Shown here: positions 9,156 through 19,775 of the stretch, one piece after another | Layout: the number at the start of each line of letters is the position of its first letter | How positions within the stretch are numbered: position 1 is the first letter of the stretch | From: an uncultured Acidobacteriota bacterium | GTDB lineage: Bacteria; Acidobacteriota; Terriglobia; UBA7540 | Length of the DNA stretch: 64,000 nt | Reading direction: 5' to 3' | Assembly (NCBI GenBank): GCA_963804995.1 | Contig: CAWDSK010000002.1 | Location: 192,001 to 256,000, forward strand | The notes under the pieces: model-generated | Seen by the model: the letters and a program-made list of their open reading frames with translations, nothing else | Databases searched by the model: none | Told to the model about the DNA's origin: nothing | Program-made: the position numbers and the translations under genes

Positions 9156-10637
9156 ATGAATGACACAGCCAAATTAGAAGTAACGACCCTCGCGGCAGCA
9201 ATCACATTGGGAATCCTGGGCGACGCGCTCCTCCGCAGTTTTCCGTGGGGAGTGAATTTCGCGCTGTGGGGCATTGCACTCGCGGCGACAATGGCTTTGT
9301 TAGGCAGCTCCCGGCGCGAGGCTTTTGCCCAGGGCGGATACTGGCTACTTTTGCCACTGGCGCTTTCTCCGCTGGCATTCCTCTGGCATGATTCGTTGGC
9401 TCTGACGGCGCTTAGCATGCTCGCGTTATTGACCGCGCTGTCTCTGGCGATGCTCCGATCCCACGGCTTCCATCTGCGAGTTTCAAGCCTGATGCAATAC
9501 GTTTTGGGCAGCTTCCTGGCGGGGGGCAACGCAATGTTTGGGATGTTTCCGTTGCTGTTTGGGAAACGCGAATGGAAAACGGCCCTGGGCGGCGGAGACT
9601 CGCGGCGAGCCACCGCGGTGCTGTGCGGCACGGCGGTGGCTCTTCCTCCGCTGTTGATCTTCAGCGCGCTCCTGATGGGTGCGGACGCGGTCTTCTCTAA
9701 GCTCATCCACCGCATCTTTCACATCGACTTCACCCAACTTGTGCTGATCACATTCATTACTTTCTGGGTCGGCGGCTATCTGCGGGGCTTGCTGTTTGGC
9801 AGAGCGCTGGAGCTGACGCCGGGGAGACGCCTAGTGCCTTTTTCCCTGAGGTCCATCGAAGTGGGGATGATGCTCGGCTCACTTGATCTGCTCTTCCTGA
9901 TTTTTGTCGTCGTGCAGATTCGATACTTCTTTGGTGGCTCGGCCCTGGTGCAGGCAACCACGGGACTGACCTACGCGGATTACGCGCGCCGCGGCTTCTT
10001 CGAACTGGTTACGGTGGCCACGCTGGTGCTTCCCCTCTTGCTCGTCACCCACTGGCTGCTGCCTTCGGAGGATTCCCGGGCGCAACGCCTGTTTCGCGTG
10101 CTGGCAGGAGTGCAGGTGATTCTCCTTTTCGTCATCATGGCATCTGCCTTCCAGCGCATGCGCCTCTATCAGGCGGAGTACGGCCTGAGCACGCAGCGCC
10201 TCTACCCGACGGCTTTCATGGGCTGGCTGGCGGTGGTGTTTGTCTGGTTTGCACTCACGGTTCTGCGAGGGCAGCGCGAGCGTTTCGCCTTCGGCGCCAT
10301 GGTGGCGGGGTTCCTGCTCATTGCGGTCCTGCACGCCCTCAACCCCGACGCTTTGATCGCCCGCACCAACCTCGAGCGGGCCCGGGCCGGGCGAGTTTTT
10401 GACGCCCACTATGCAGGGAATCTGAGCGCCGACGCGGTTCCAGAGCTGGTTGCGGGGCTCGCGGCATTGAATCCCCGGGACCGCGGCACGCTGGCGAAGG
10501 CGCTGCTCGAACACTGGTCCTCGCCCCAGAATTCCAACTGGCGGTCGTGGAACCTGGCGCGCTCGCGCGCCTTGAAGGCTATGCGCGAGAATGCTCCCGC
10601 CATCCGCGCCGCGGCGGGTTATCAACCCAAGAGTTGA
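9156..10637 (+). CDS. DUF4173/DUF4153-like membrane protein
   Basis: Multi-TM protein with TYADYARRGFFELV, RMRLYQAEYGL and LSADAVP motifs. Confidence 0.75.
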   Translation: MNDTAKLEVTTLAAAITLGILGDALLRSFPWGVNFALWGIALAATMALLGSSRREAFAQGGYWLLLPLALSPLAFLWHDSLALTALSMLALLTALSLAMLRSHGFHLRVSSLMQYVLGSFLAGGNAMFGMFPLLFGKREWKTALGGGDSRRATAVLCGTAVALPPLLIFSALLMGADAVFSKLIHRIFHIDFTQLVLITFITFWVGGYLRGLLFGRALELTPGRRLVPFSLRSIEVGMMLGSLDLLFLIFVVVQIRYFFGGSALVQATTGLTYADYARRGFFELVTVATLVLPLLLVTHWLLPSEDSRAQRLFRVLAGVQVILLFVIMASAFQRMRLYQAEYGLSTQRLYPTAFMGWLAVVFVWFALTVLRGQRERFAFGAMVAGFLLIAVLHALNPDALIARTNLERARAGRVFDAHYAGNLSADAVPELVAGLAALNPRDRGTLAKALLEHWSSPQNSNWRSWNLARSRALKAMRENAPAIRAAAGYQPKS

Positions 10638-10648
10638 AACCTTCGGAT

Positions 10649-12133
10649 CTACACCGCCCACGCTTTGGCGCGTTCCACGGCGCGCTGCCAGCCGGCGTAC
10701 AATTCCTCACGCCGGGAGACGTCGATCGCAGGCTCAAAGCGCCGGCCCACTTTCAAATGCGCCGCCAGTTCACCTTCGTCCTGCCAGAAACCGGTCGAGA
10801 GCCCCGCCAGGTACGCCGCTCCCAGCGCCGTGGATTCGGTGGTTTCCGGACGCTCCACGGGGATGCCCAGAATATCGGCCTGGAACTGGCAGAGGAAGTC
10901 ATTGCGCGCCGCGCCGCCATCCACGCGCAACACTTCCGGGCGCAAGCCGGAGTCCTGCGCCATGGCATCCACCACTTCGCGCGTCTGATAGGCAATCGAT
11001 TCCAGCGCGGCGCGCACCAGGTGATGGCGATTGGCTCCGCGCGTGATGCCGGTAATCGTGCCGCGCGCGTAAGCGTCCCAATGCGGCGCGCCCAAACCCA
11101 CGAAGGCGGGAACAAAATAGACGCCATGCGTGTCAGGCACGGCGCGCGCCACGGCCTCGCTTTCCGCCGCGCTCGTGAGCAGCTTCATTTCATCGCGCAG
11201 CCATTGGATGGCCGCCCCCGCAATGAATACGCTGCCTTCGAGCGCGTAAGTCGTGCGGCCCTGGCGACTCCAGGCGACTGTCCCCAGCAGCCCGGATTGC
11301 GAGCGCGGAATCTCAGTACTGGTGTTCATCAGCAGAAAGCAGCCAGTCCCGTAGGTATTCTTCACCATGCCGCGCCGGAAGCATTGCTGGCCGAAAAGGG
11401 ACGCCTGCTGATCGCCCGCCACCCCCGCAATCGGCACCGATGCGCCGAACAGCGTCGTGTCACCAAACACTTCGCTTGACAACTTCACCTCCGGCAGGAG
11501 CGAGGCGGGAATGCCGAAGTAGGTCAGGATTTCTTTATCCCAGGCAAGCGTGCGCAGGTTGAAGAGAAGGGTGCGCGAGGCGTTCGATACATCCGTTGCA
11601 TGTACGCGGCCGCGCGTGAGTTTCGAGATCAGCCACGTGTCGATGGTCCCGCAGGCAAGTTCGCCGCGCTGGGCGCGTTCGCGCGCGCCGGGAACATTCT
11701 CCAACAGCCAGGCAATTTTGGTTCCCGAAAAATAGGCGTCGGTCACGAGGCCCGTCTTCTCGCGCAACGTGCGGTCAAAACCCTCCGCCCTGATGCGGTC
11801 GCAGTGGGCAGCGGTGCGGCGGCACTGCCACACGATCGCATTGTGCAGCGGTTCGCCGGTCGAGCGGTCCCACAGCACCACGGTCTCGCGCTGATTGGTG
11901 ATGCCAATCGCGGCCAAATCTTTGGGGCCAGTTTTCGTGTCGGCAAGGACTTTCTCCGCCACCGCGAGTTGGGAGCGCCAGATCTCCATCGCGTCGTGTT
12001 CCACCCAGCCGGGTTGGGGATAATGCTGCTTGAATTCCAAGCTGGCGGCGCCACGCGTGTGACCCTGATGATCAAACAGAATCGCTCGCGAACTTGTTGT
12101 GCCCTGATCTAGTGCCAAGACGTATTTCGGCAT
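10649..12133 (-). CDS. glpK: Glycerol kinase
   Basis: LALDQGTTSSRA, GITNQRET, GDQQASLFG, KNTYGTGCF. Confidence 0.95.
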   Translation of the reverse strand: MPKYVLALDQGTTSSRAILFDHQGHTRGAASLEFKQHYPQPGWVEHDAMEIWRSQLAVAEKVLADTKTGPKDLAAIGITNQRETVVLWDRSTGEPLHNAIVWQCRRTAAHCDRIRAEGFDRTLREKTGLVTDAYFSGTKIAWLLENVPGARERAQRGELACGTIDTWLISKLTRGRVHATDVSNASRTLLFNLRTLAWDKEILTYFGIPASLLPEVKLSSEVFGDTTLFGASVPIAGVAGDQQASLFGQQCFRRGMVKNTYGTGCFLLMNTSTEIPRSQSGLLGTVAWSRQGRTTYALEGSVFIAGAAIQWLRDEMKLLTSAAESEAVARAVPDTHGVYFVPAFVGLGAPHWDAYARGTITGITRGANRHHLVRAALESIAYQTREVVDAMAQDSGLRPEVLRVDGGAARNDFLCQFQADILGIPVERPETTESTALGAAYLAGLSTGFWQDEGELAAHLKVGRRFEPAIDVSRREELYAGWQRAVERAKAWAV

Positions 12134-13209
12134 GTGCGGTCCTTAGAAGAAGGTGCGTTCGAGCCCTCCTTTATACCACGAGCGCTGTGGCGGGTTGGGA
12201 GGGGGGTGTACCGCAGGGCCCGCTTTCCGGCCCTGCGGCTCTTCCAGCGGTGCGGGTTCTTGCCGCGCGGCCTAAAGCACGTCTGCGTGGAAGAGCCGCA
12301 AAGTTTGGGAAACGGCACTTTCCTAATTCTCCGAAAAACGTCCTCCGGCTGGGGTATTAGAATGCTGGAACATCTGTAGCCCTATCGGTGTCAGAGGAGT
12401 TCTGCAGATAGGTTTCTCCGGGCGAATCGGGGTCGGCCTCACCCTGTTCGCAATCGCGGCGGACATTAGGAAACGGGTCCACGCTCGGTAGATTTCTGCC
12501 GTCTACAACCGACAATTTGGCGTCCCCTGCGTCGGGCAATATGTCTTGTGAATTTCGCTTTTTGGAATTCTTTGTAAGTGGGTTTTCTTTCAGTATGTTC
12601 TCGGCTTTGGCAGGAGCAAAAACCTTGTTTCGGAGCCTTTGTTTTCTATAAGTTCTCGGCTTTGTGTATCTTTTACATTCAGGGACAATCTGTCACAAGG
12701 CCATTGCGCCATTTTGTCAGCCCGCCCCTTCCACTGATCTTGTACCGCTCGAAGGCGGCGAAGGGGTTGGGCGCTGGCCGCCGGGCGGAAGCAGCCTCCC
12801 TTCACAATTTCATTCTAGCCTATAGGGTGTGGGGGTGTCAAGATAATAAATAGGTTCTTTGATATGAGCGGGCCTGCGATAGTTGCGCCGGAGACCCCGC
12901 GTTACCGAGCCTGACCTTTTCTGTCCGCCTCGAGCCGGACGGGCAGATTTCTCGCCTCCCGGGCTCACACGAATTCTCGCCCTACTGAGAACCGTAGCGC
13001 GGCGGAGTCGCAGCCCAGCATGCAAACTGGATCCCGAATTCTGGGGGCCCGCCCCGCCCAAAGCACGTCGCGGTGGAGGAGCTCTGGCAGTAGAGTTGTT
13101 CTTGAACTCCGCGACTTGTATACTCCGGAACCGTCGAAGAGGTTCAGGGGTTAAAAGACAGAGCTGCGCTTGCGTGGTTACCAGTTTGGGTTATGTAGGA
13201 GGACCTCAT

Positions 13210-13801
13210 ATGAGCACCGTATCCATGCGTCGGCCTGGCGGCAATTGGTCCGTTTCCAGGATCGATAAGGCCGAACACTACCAGACAGTTTTATACGAAA
13301 TCGACATGCTCCGTTATTCCTATTCCCAAATCCTCACCCCCCCTGATGCGGCTAAGGACGCAGATGTCTGGGCCTACTTGGAGTCGTTCTTGGTGCACTA
13401 CAGGAACATGCTAGATTTCGTTGGGAAGGCAGTCGCGAGCAATACGGACCTCACACTCGGTCACCCTGAAATGATATGGTCACCTGGTTCGGGTTTGACA
13501 GATCGCGCACCCTGCCAAAAGACTCTCGAACAAGATGCGCGCCCTTGGCCAGAAGCTCCGGGAAAAGTATGAGGACCACAAGAAAAGAAAAGACACTATT
13601 TCCAGATACCTTCAGCACTGCACGACGTTCAGAATATCTCCGAAAAAGTGGTTTCCTATCGAGATGATGGCGGAGATAGAAGAGATCTTGATACTACTTG
13701 AGCATCACCTTCCCGAATTTAGGCCAGCGACTCAATCCCGCGCAGTCGTTCGTGAAAACTTTCGGGGAGGTGAATCCATCAGCACGCATTCGAGCGGGTA
13801 G
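13210..13801 (+). CDS. Hypothetical protein, possible HEPN-like domain, frameshifted near 13528
   Basis: RBS AGGAGG before ATG 13210; ESFLVHYRN...SRYLQHCT; joins ORF 13535-13801 after a 1-nt correction. Confidence 0.55.
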
Positions 13802-13849
13802 CCGGCACAATCAGTTTTATTGCCTACCGTGGGCCCTTCATCACGGTAA

Positions 13850-14356
13850 CTAGTGCGTGCGCTGCCGGCAAACCACCAATTCAACTTGCTGCGCAGCAAG
13901 AACTTTGTTGAGAACCAGGTAGATCTTAGCTGCAACAAGCACCCCTGTGTTCGGGATTTCCGCAAGGTCGGCCGCCAAATGGAAATCGTAGGGGTCAATT
14001 GCCTCATATGACATGGCCTTGGCATCCAAGTTAACTGCGTGTACCTCATCAAGGATATCAAGCAGCCCTAAGGCAGAGGGGTTATCGGACGCCCTAAGTG
14101 TTTCCAACAGCGGTTTCAGCTCACGAATTCGGCTCCGTTCGTAGTCCAGCTGCTGTTTGGCGTTCTGTGAGACGCCATATGCAGTAGTCCACCTGCCGAA
14201 GTTTATCCTATCAGTCACCTGCTCAAATCGCATGAAAAGGGCGCTTGCCTCACTTAATGCGTTCGTGACCTCATCGTGTGTTGGTCGCGGCACAGCCAAG
14301 CCAGCGGACGGCATGGTTGCCACAAATGTCAGGAGAATGCAAATTAGGATTTTCAT
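13850..14356 (-). CDS. Hypothetical secreted protein
   Basis: GGAGG RBS and signal-peptide-like MKILICILLTFVATMPSAGLA. Confidence 0.6.
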   Translation of the reverse strand: MKILICILLTFVATMPSAGLAVPRPTHDEVTNALSEASALFMRFEQVTDRINFGRWTTAYGVSQNAKQQLDYERSRIRELKPLLETLRASDNPSALGLLDILDEVHAVNLDAKAMSYEAIDPYDFHLAADLAEIPNTGVLVAAKIYLVLNKVLAAQQVELVVCRQRTH

Positions 14357-14426
14357 TTTTCCCTCCAGTTCATTAGCCCGGACGTTACCTCCGGATACTC
14401 CCAAGTGCCCCTGCAGGGCACTGGAC

Positions 14427-15035
14427 CTATCCACCTGCCCTCGTCATGCCGTGGGCCAGGGCCTGGGTGGCGGTATCTGTAAAGTTGAGCACTTCGGCCA
14501 TTTTCGACCAGGGAAGCCGCCCGCCGATGGCGAGTTTGGCCACTCCGTGCACGATGGACCAGGCTAGCAGGGCCGGGGGGCGGGGATCTCCTGGGGGTAG
14601 CAATCCCTCTTTTTGGCAATCCTCAACGTAGCCAAGGAGCGTGCCGAAGGCGCGTTCACCCGCCGCGCGCGTTTCGGGGTACGGCGCGAAGCTCCAAGGA
14701 GCGTCAAACATCACAGCAAAGTGCTGAGGGTAGCGCAGCGCGAACTCAACGTACCCGCGCCCGCTCAAGCGGAATCGCTCCGCGGCCCCGGTAGCGGCGG
14801 CGGTCGCCTTTTGCATGGATTCCGTCAAGCGATCGAATCCCTGGGCGGCCACGGCAGCCAGCAACTCCTCCTTATTCCGAAAATGCCGGTAGGGAGCGCT
14901 GTGCGATACGCCTGCCCGCCGCGCCACCGCGCGTAAAGTGAACGCGCCGGGACCGACTTTGCGAATCAAGGCGAGCGATGCTTCGAGCAATGCCTGCTTC
15001 AGGTTTCCGTGGTGGTAAGAGTGGGGCGTTCTCAT
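14427..15035 (-). CDS. TetR/AcrR family regulator (WHG-type C-terminus)
   Basis: YHHGNLKQALL, TLRAVARRAGVSHSAPYRHF, AWSIVHG. Confidence 0.9.
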   Translation of the reverse strand: MRTPHSYHHGNLKQALLEASLALIRKVGPGAFTLRAVARRAGVSHSAPYRHFRNKEELLAAVAAQGFDRLTESMQKATAAATGAAERFRLSGRGYVEFALRYPQHFAVMFDAPWSFAPYPETRAAGERAFGTLLGYVEDCQKEGLLPPGDPRPPALLAWSIVHGVAKLAIGGRLPWSKMAEVLNFTDTATQALAHGMTRAGG

Positions 15036-15058
15036 GACCCTTTCTTTATAGCAGAAAT

Positions 15059-15109
15059 ATGTTGACACTGACAACATTCCTGATGCAGAATGTGGCCAGT
15101 GTCCACATT
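15059..15109. promoter_or_regulatory. Two putative TetR operators (ATGTTGACACTGACAACAT; AATGTGGCCAGTGTCCACATT)
   Basis: Related imperfect palindromes between divergent tetR and oxidoreductase genes; the first contains TTGACA. Confidence 0.6.
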
Positions 15110-15139
15110 GAAGGGCGGGACACTGAGGAGGTCAAGGTC

Positions 15140-16768
15140 ATGGCGAATACAACCGTAGGGTTCTCTTACAAGCAGAAGACGGTCGCGGGTAATTGGGATG
15201 CCATCGTGATCGGCTCTGGTATCGGCGGGTTGGCCGCGGCGTTGCTCCTGGCACAATACGGCGGCAAACGGGTGCTGGTGCTGGAGCGGCATTACGTGGC
15301 GGGAGGATTCACGCACGCCTTTCACCGCCCCGGCTACGACTGGGACGTAGGTGTTCACTACATCGGCGGAGTGCACGATCCGGCTTCGGCGGAACGCGCT
15401 GTCTTCGACCACCTTACGGGAGGGCGCCTGGAGTGGAACCGCATGCCAGAGGTTTACGACCGCGTCATGATCGGCGACCGCGAGTATGAGTTTGTGTCCG
15501 GCCTCGAACGTTTTCGCGAGCGAATGAAGTCGTATTTCCCAAATGAGACCGAGGCCATCGATCGCTACGTCCGCGCGGTCCGCTCTGCGGCGCGCATGAG
15601 CGGGGGGTATCTTGCGGAGAAGGCCATCCCGCGGTCGATTGCTCGCGTGGTGGGACCGTTGCTGCGTGCCCCTTTTTTGCGCTGGGCGCGTCAGACTACC
15701 GCCGAGGTCCTTAGCAAGATTACGACGAACCGCGAGCTCGTCGGCGTCCTCACCGCGCAGTGGGGCGATTACGGGCTGCCCCCCGCCCAGAGCAGCTTCG
15801 GCGTGCACGCGACCATTGCTGCGCACTATTTTGACGGCGCGAGCTTTCCCGTGGGCGGAGCCGCGAGTATGGCGGCCACCATTGCACCCTCGATTGAATC
15901 CGCCGGCGGCCAGATCGTTTACAGCGCCGAGGTCCGCGAAATCCTGCTGGACGCTGGACACCGCGCCGTGGGAGTTTGCATGCAAGACGGCCGCGAGATT
16001 CGAGCGGGCATGGTGGTGAGCGACGCGGGAGCGTGGAATACTTTCTCTTCGCTCCTGCCACCCGGGGCTCCCGGGGTCGCGCCGGCGCTTGAGGAACTCA
16101 GGTCTGTGCCGGCATCGATGGCGCACCTGTGCCTCTATGTGGGAGTGAAGCAAAGCGCGGCGGAGTTGGGATTGACCGGGACGAACCTGTGGTTCCACCA
16201 GACTCCGGACCACGACGCGAACCTCCAGCGGTTCGAGGACGATCCCTCGGCGCCCTTCCCGGTGCTGTTCATCTCTTCACCTTCGGCTAAAGATCCTGAC
16301 TTCGCACGGCGGCATCCGGGCCACGCCACGCTGGAAGTGATCACTCCGGCGCCCTATGAGTGGTTTGCGCGCTGGGAGGAAACTCGCTGGAAGCGGCGGG
16401 GGCAGGACTACGACGACTTCAAGAACCAATTGGCCGCGCGTCTGCGAGCGGGTCTGGAACAGTACGTGCCCGCGGTGCGTGGCAAGATCGATTACGCCGA
16501 GCTTTCCACACCGCTTTCGACCCGCCACTTTATGAATTATCAGCGAGGAGAAGCCTACGGTGTAAGTGCGACTCCGGCGCGCTTCCGCCTGCGCTGCCTT
16601 ACGCCGCAAACCGCCGTGCGTAACCTTTACCTTACAGGGCAGGACGTTTGCACGCTGGGCGTTATGGGGGCGATGATGGGCGGAGTCATTACCGCCTCCG
16701 CGGCGCTCGGTAGAAATCTGATGTCAGCGGTTACTAAGCCCTACGGGGCTGCTAAGGCCGCGGCGTAG
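15140..16768 (+). CDS. Phytoene desaturase / retinol saturase-like FAD oxidoreductase
   Basis: IGSGIGG FAD motif, WDVGVHYIG, NLYLTGQD. Confidence 0.85.
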   Translation: MANTTVGFSYKQKTVAGNWDAIVIGSGIGGLAAALLLAQYGGKRVLVLERHYVAGGFTHAFHRPGYDWDVGVHYIGGVHDPASAERAVFDHLTGGRLEWNRMPEVYDRVMIGDREYEFVSGLERFRERMKSYFPNETEAIDRYVRAVRSAARMSGGYLAEKAIPRSIARVVGPLLRAPFLRWARQTTAEVLSKITTNRELVGVLTAQWGDYGLPPAQSSFGVHATIAAHYFDGASFPVGGAASMAATIAPSIESAGGQIVYSAEVREILLDAGHRAVGVCMQDGREIRAGMVVSDAGAWNTFSSLLPPGAPGVAPALEELRSVPASMAHLCLYVGVKQSAAELGLTGTNLWFHQTPDHDANLQRFEDDPSAPFPVLFISSPSAKDPDFARRHPGHATLEVITPAPYEWFARWEETRWKRRGQDYDDFKNQLAARLRAGLEQYVPAVRGKIDYAELSTPLSTRHFMNYQRGEAYGVSATPARFRLRCLTPQTAVRNLYLTGQDVCTLGVMGAMMGGVITASAALGRNLMSAVTKPYGAAKAAA

Positions 16769-16792
16769 GGCTGCGAAACAATCCCTCCTTTT

Positions 16793-16870
16793 CACCGCAG
16801 AGGCGCTGAGGCGCTGAGGTTTTAAAATCAAGAGGCTTTCTCTCTGCGTCTCAGCGCCTCAGCGGTAAAA
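16793..16870. repeat. Inverted repeat caccgcagaggcgctgag ... ctcagcgcctcagcggt
   Basis: Related copies at 32772-32910. Confidence 0.6.
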
Positions 16871-16959
16871 ATACTGGTTGTTCACGGCATCTTGCCGTTG
16901 TAAGAGTTTGACGACTTCCGGATTTCCGATGGGCCGCGATCAGAAATCCTCATGGTAGT

Positions 16960-17728
16960 ATGGTAGCCATGGGCGACAAAAAACTGAGTGGGAAGGTTGC
17001 GGTTATTTCCGGAGCCAGCAAGGGCCTCGGACGCGCCATGGCGTTGGCGCTGGCCGGTGAGGGGGCAACGATTGCGCTGGTGGCGCGCCACCTCGACCGG
17101 TTGAGCGAAGCGGAACAAGCGGTAAAGAATTCCGGCGGCCAGGCGCGAGCTTTTCAGGCCGACGTTTCCCAGGAAGACCAGGTGCGGAAGCTTCGAGCAC
17201 GATGTCGTCGCGGCTTTCGGCAAGGTCGATATTCTGATCAACAACGCCGGGACCAACATCCGCAAGCCGGTGGTGGAGTACACGCTCGACGAGTGGCGCC
17301 ACGTGGTTGACACCAATCTGACCAGCGTTTTTCTGATGTGCCGGTCCTTCATTCCGCACATGAAGGGCCGGGGGTACGGGCGCATCCTGAGCATGTCGTC
17401 GATGATGGGATGGATCTCACTCCCCGCCCGCACGGCCTATTCATCCACCAAAGCGGCTCTCTTTGGTTTCACGCGCTCCTTGGCGCTCGAACTTGCGGGC
17501 GACGCCATTACCGTAAACACCATCAGTCCCGGCCCTTTTGCGACGGAGATGAACTCGCCGATCATCGACAATCCGGAACTCCACCAGTTTTTCATCTCGC
17601 GGATTCCCCTGGGTCGCTGGGGGAAGGTGGAAGACATCGGGCAGCTTGCGCTCTTCCTTTGCTCGGAGGAGGCGGGGTTCATCACGGGTACGGATGTCCT
17701 CATCGACGGCGGCTGGGCGGCGCAATAG
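16960..17728 (+). CDS. SDR oxidoreductase, frameshifted near 17193
   Basis: SGASKGLG in ORF 16960; NNAG and YSSTK in the shifted frame. Confidence 0.85.
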
Positions 17729-17811
17729 AGTGGGCACTTGGCGCAGGGTCATGCGACCCCTGCAGGGTCGGGGAACCAGCGTCGCGAATACCAAACCGGT
17801 TGGCGTTTACG

Positions 17812-18118
17812 GCGTAGCGCAGACCTCCGCTGTTGAGGTCTGCGGTTCTTCATGTGCCATCTGAGCGAATGTAGCCACCCGTATGTCCGGAGTTTGCGGA
17901 TTTTTCAAGCCAAGAACCGCGGACCCCAAAAGCGGGGGACCGCGCTACGCTTAATGCCGACGATGCAGAGGCTGCAAACCTCGTAGACCTCCGCTGTTGA
18001 GGTCTGCGGCACTTCCCGCGAAAAACTGCAAAACTCAACCCCAGAGATCTGCTCGCAGAATCAGAGGCGCGAATCTGAGGAAGAACCGCGGACCCCAAAA
18101 GCGGGGGACCGCGCTACG
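17812..18118. repeat. Two tandem REP doublets (GTAGCGCAGACCTCCGCTGTTGAGGTCTGCGG / GTAGCGCGGTCCCCCGCTTTTGGGGTCCGCGG)
   Basis: GTAG plus hairpin units in inverted pairs; same family flanks the intron at 53717-55790. Confidence 0.8.
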
Positions 18119-18126
18119 AAACTAAC

Positions 18127-18195
18127 CCCTCACCCGTCGCGCTCCGGCTGGTGAAAGCGCCGGCAGCGCGCCACCCTCTCCCCAAGGGCGAGGGC
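18127..18195. repeat. CCCTCACCC...CCCTCTCCC...GAGGG palindromic repeat family
   Basis: Related copies at about 21122-21255, 41208-41278, 42196-42278 and 50133-50295. Confidence 0.7.
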
Positions 18196-18575
18196 TATGA
18201 TTGCTTGTGCGCAGGGCTTCGGAGTATGCCGAGGGCTATGTAAACCCTTATGGGCCGTCGTTTCGGCTACTATCTTGTGCCCCTACGGGGCATGAAAAAC
18301 CTCCCCTTCGGTCTTGCCCCTCTGCACCCTGTTTCTGAAATCACGGATAGCAACCCTTCGGTAACGGTTGCTCACGATTTGATCAGCCGACAATCCCTGT
18401 TTTAGGCATGCTCTGAAGCGCCTTTTGTTCAAGGGGCTTGCCTGAAAAATGTCAGTTGAACTCCTCCTCAAATGGAGATATGCATTACGTGCCGAAGCGT
18501 GGCCTTTTCGGATATCGGTATCGAGCGCGCCTTCCTTCGACACGCCTCGGCGAAGCAGGTTTTCCCGGAGGACTT

Positions 18576-19748
18576 ATGCTGATCATCGAGAATGGGACCG
18601 TTTACACACCCGCCCAGGTGATTCCAGACGGAGTCGTGATAGTTGATGACGGCCACATTCAAGCTGTCGCGCGGCGGGGCGATAGAGCGATTCCTGCCGA
18701 CGCCCGAAGGATCGACGCGCGGGGCGGATCCGTGGTGCCGGGCCTGATCGATATGCACATGCATGGGCTCCATGGGCACGACATGATGGACGGGCAGGCC
18801 GCAAGTTTACAGGCCATGGCCGAGGTGTTGCCGCGGTATGGAGTCACGTCGTTCGCTCCCACGACGGTAACGGCGACGCTCGAATCCATTGAGGGCGCCT
18901 TAAAGGCCACGCAGGAGGTCCGGCAAGCCGGAACCCAAGGTGCGGAGATTCTGGGCGTGCACATCGAAGGGCCGTACCTTAGTGCACAGGAACGCGGCGC
19001 GCATCGTGTAGATTTGCTGCGCGCCCCCAACACTGAGGACTATCCGATGTTCTGGAAATACGGCGACCTTATTTGCTCCTTTACGCTGGCGCCGGAGCTG
19101 CCGGGGGCGCTCAACCTGATCCGCCAGCTCAAAGAACGCGGCATCCTGATTTCCGCCGGACACAGCATCGCGATTGACAATGAGATGGAACAGGCCGTGG
19201 CGGCGGGTGTGTCGCATGTGACGCACATGTTCGGCAATATGGGCACGTTGCGGCGCTTGAATCTGCGGCGCGTGGCGGGGCTGGTGGAATACACTTTGCT
19301 CGACGATCGTTTGACCACGGAGATTATCGGCGACGGTTTCCACATTTCACCCAGCCTGACCAAGCTCATCTTCAAACAAAAGGGGGCCGAGCACCTGGCC
19401 GTGATTACGGATGGAAGCCCACTGACGGGCCGGCCGCCTGGCACGTACCGCGTCTGGGGGATTGACGTCGTCGTGGAAGAGAAAATCGCCTTCGTGGCGG
19501 ATCGCTCCGCTTACGCCGGCACGGTTGCGACACTCGATCAGTGTTTGGCCCGGGTGATTGAAAACGCCGGCACCACATTCCAAAACGCCCTGCGCATGGT
19601 GACACTGACCCCTGCGACGATTCTGAATGTGGCCAAACGGAAGGGGAGTCTTGAAGCCGGCAAAGACGCCGACATCACAATTCTGGATAGCAAACTGACC
19701 GTGACTCAAACCGTAGTGGGCGGCAAGGAGGTTTACACCCGGGCGTAG
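18576..19748 (+). CDS. nagA: N-acetylglucosamine-6-phosphate deacetylase
   Basis: PGLIDMHMHG, GVHIEGPY, TLAPE, SAGHS, THMFG, IGDGFH. Confidence 0.85.
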   Translation: MLIIENGTVYTPAQVIPDGVVIVDDGHIQAVARRGDRAIPADARRIDARGGSVVPGLIDMHMHGLHGHDMMDGQAASLQAMAEVLPRYGVTSFAPTTVTATLESIEGALKATQEVRQAGTQGAEILGVHIEGPYLSAQERGAHRVDLLRAPNTEDYPMFWKYGDLICSFTLAPELPGALNLIRQLKERGILISAGHSIAIDNEMEQAVAAGVSHVTHMFGNMGTLRRLNLRRVAGLVEYTLLDDRLTTEIIGDGFHISPSLTKLIFKQKGAEHLAVITDGSPLTGRPPGTYRVWGIDVVVEEKIAFVADRSAYAGTVATLDQCLARVIENAGTTFQNALRMVTLTPATILNVAKRKGSLEAGKDADITILDSKLTVTQTVVGGKEVYTRA

Positions 19749-19775
19749 AAATATAGGAGCGAATCGAGGGGAGAG

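Noticed and set aside
12540..12860. AT-rich stretch with a short direct repeat (GTTCTCGGCTTTG twice), considered as ncRNA or origin
   Set aside because: No recognisable RNA motif or DnaA-box cluster; evidence is insufficient.
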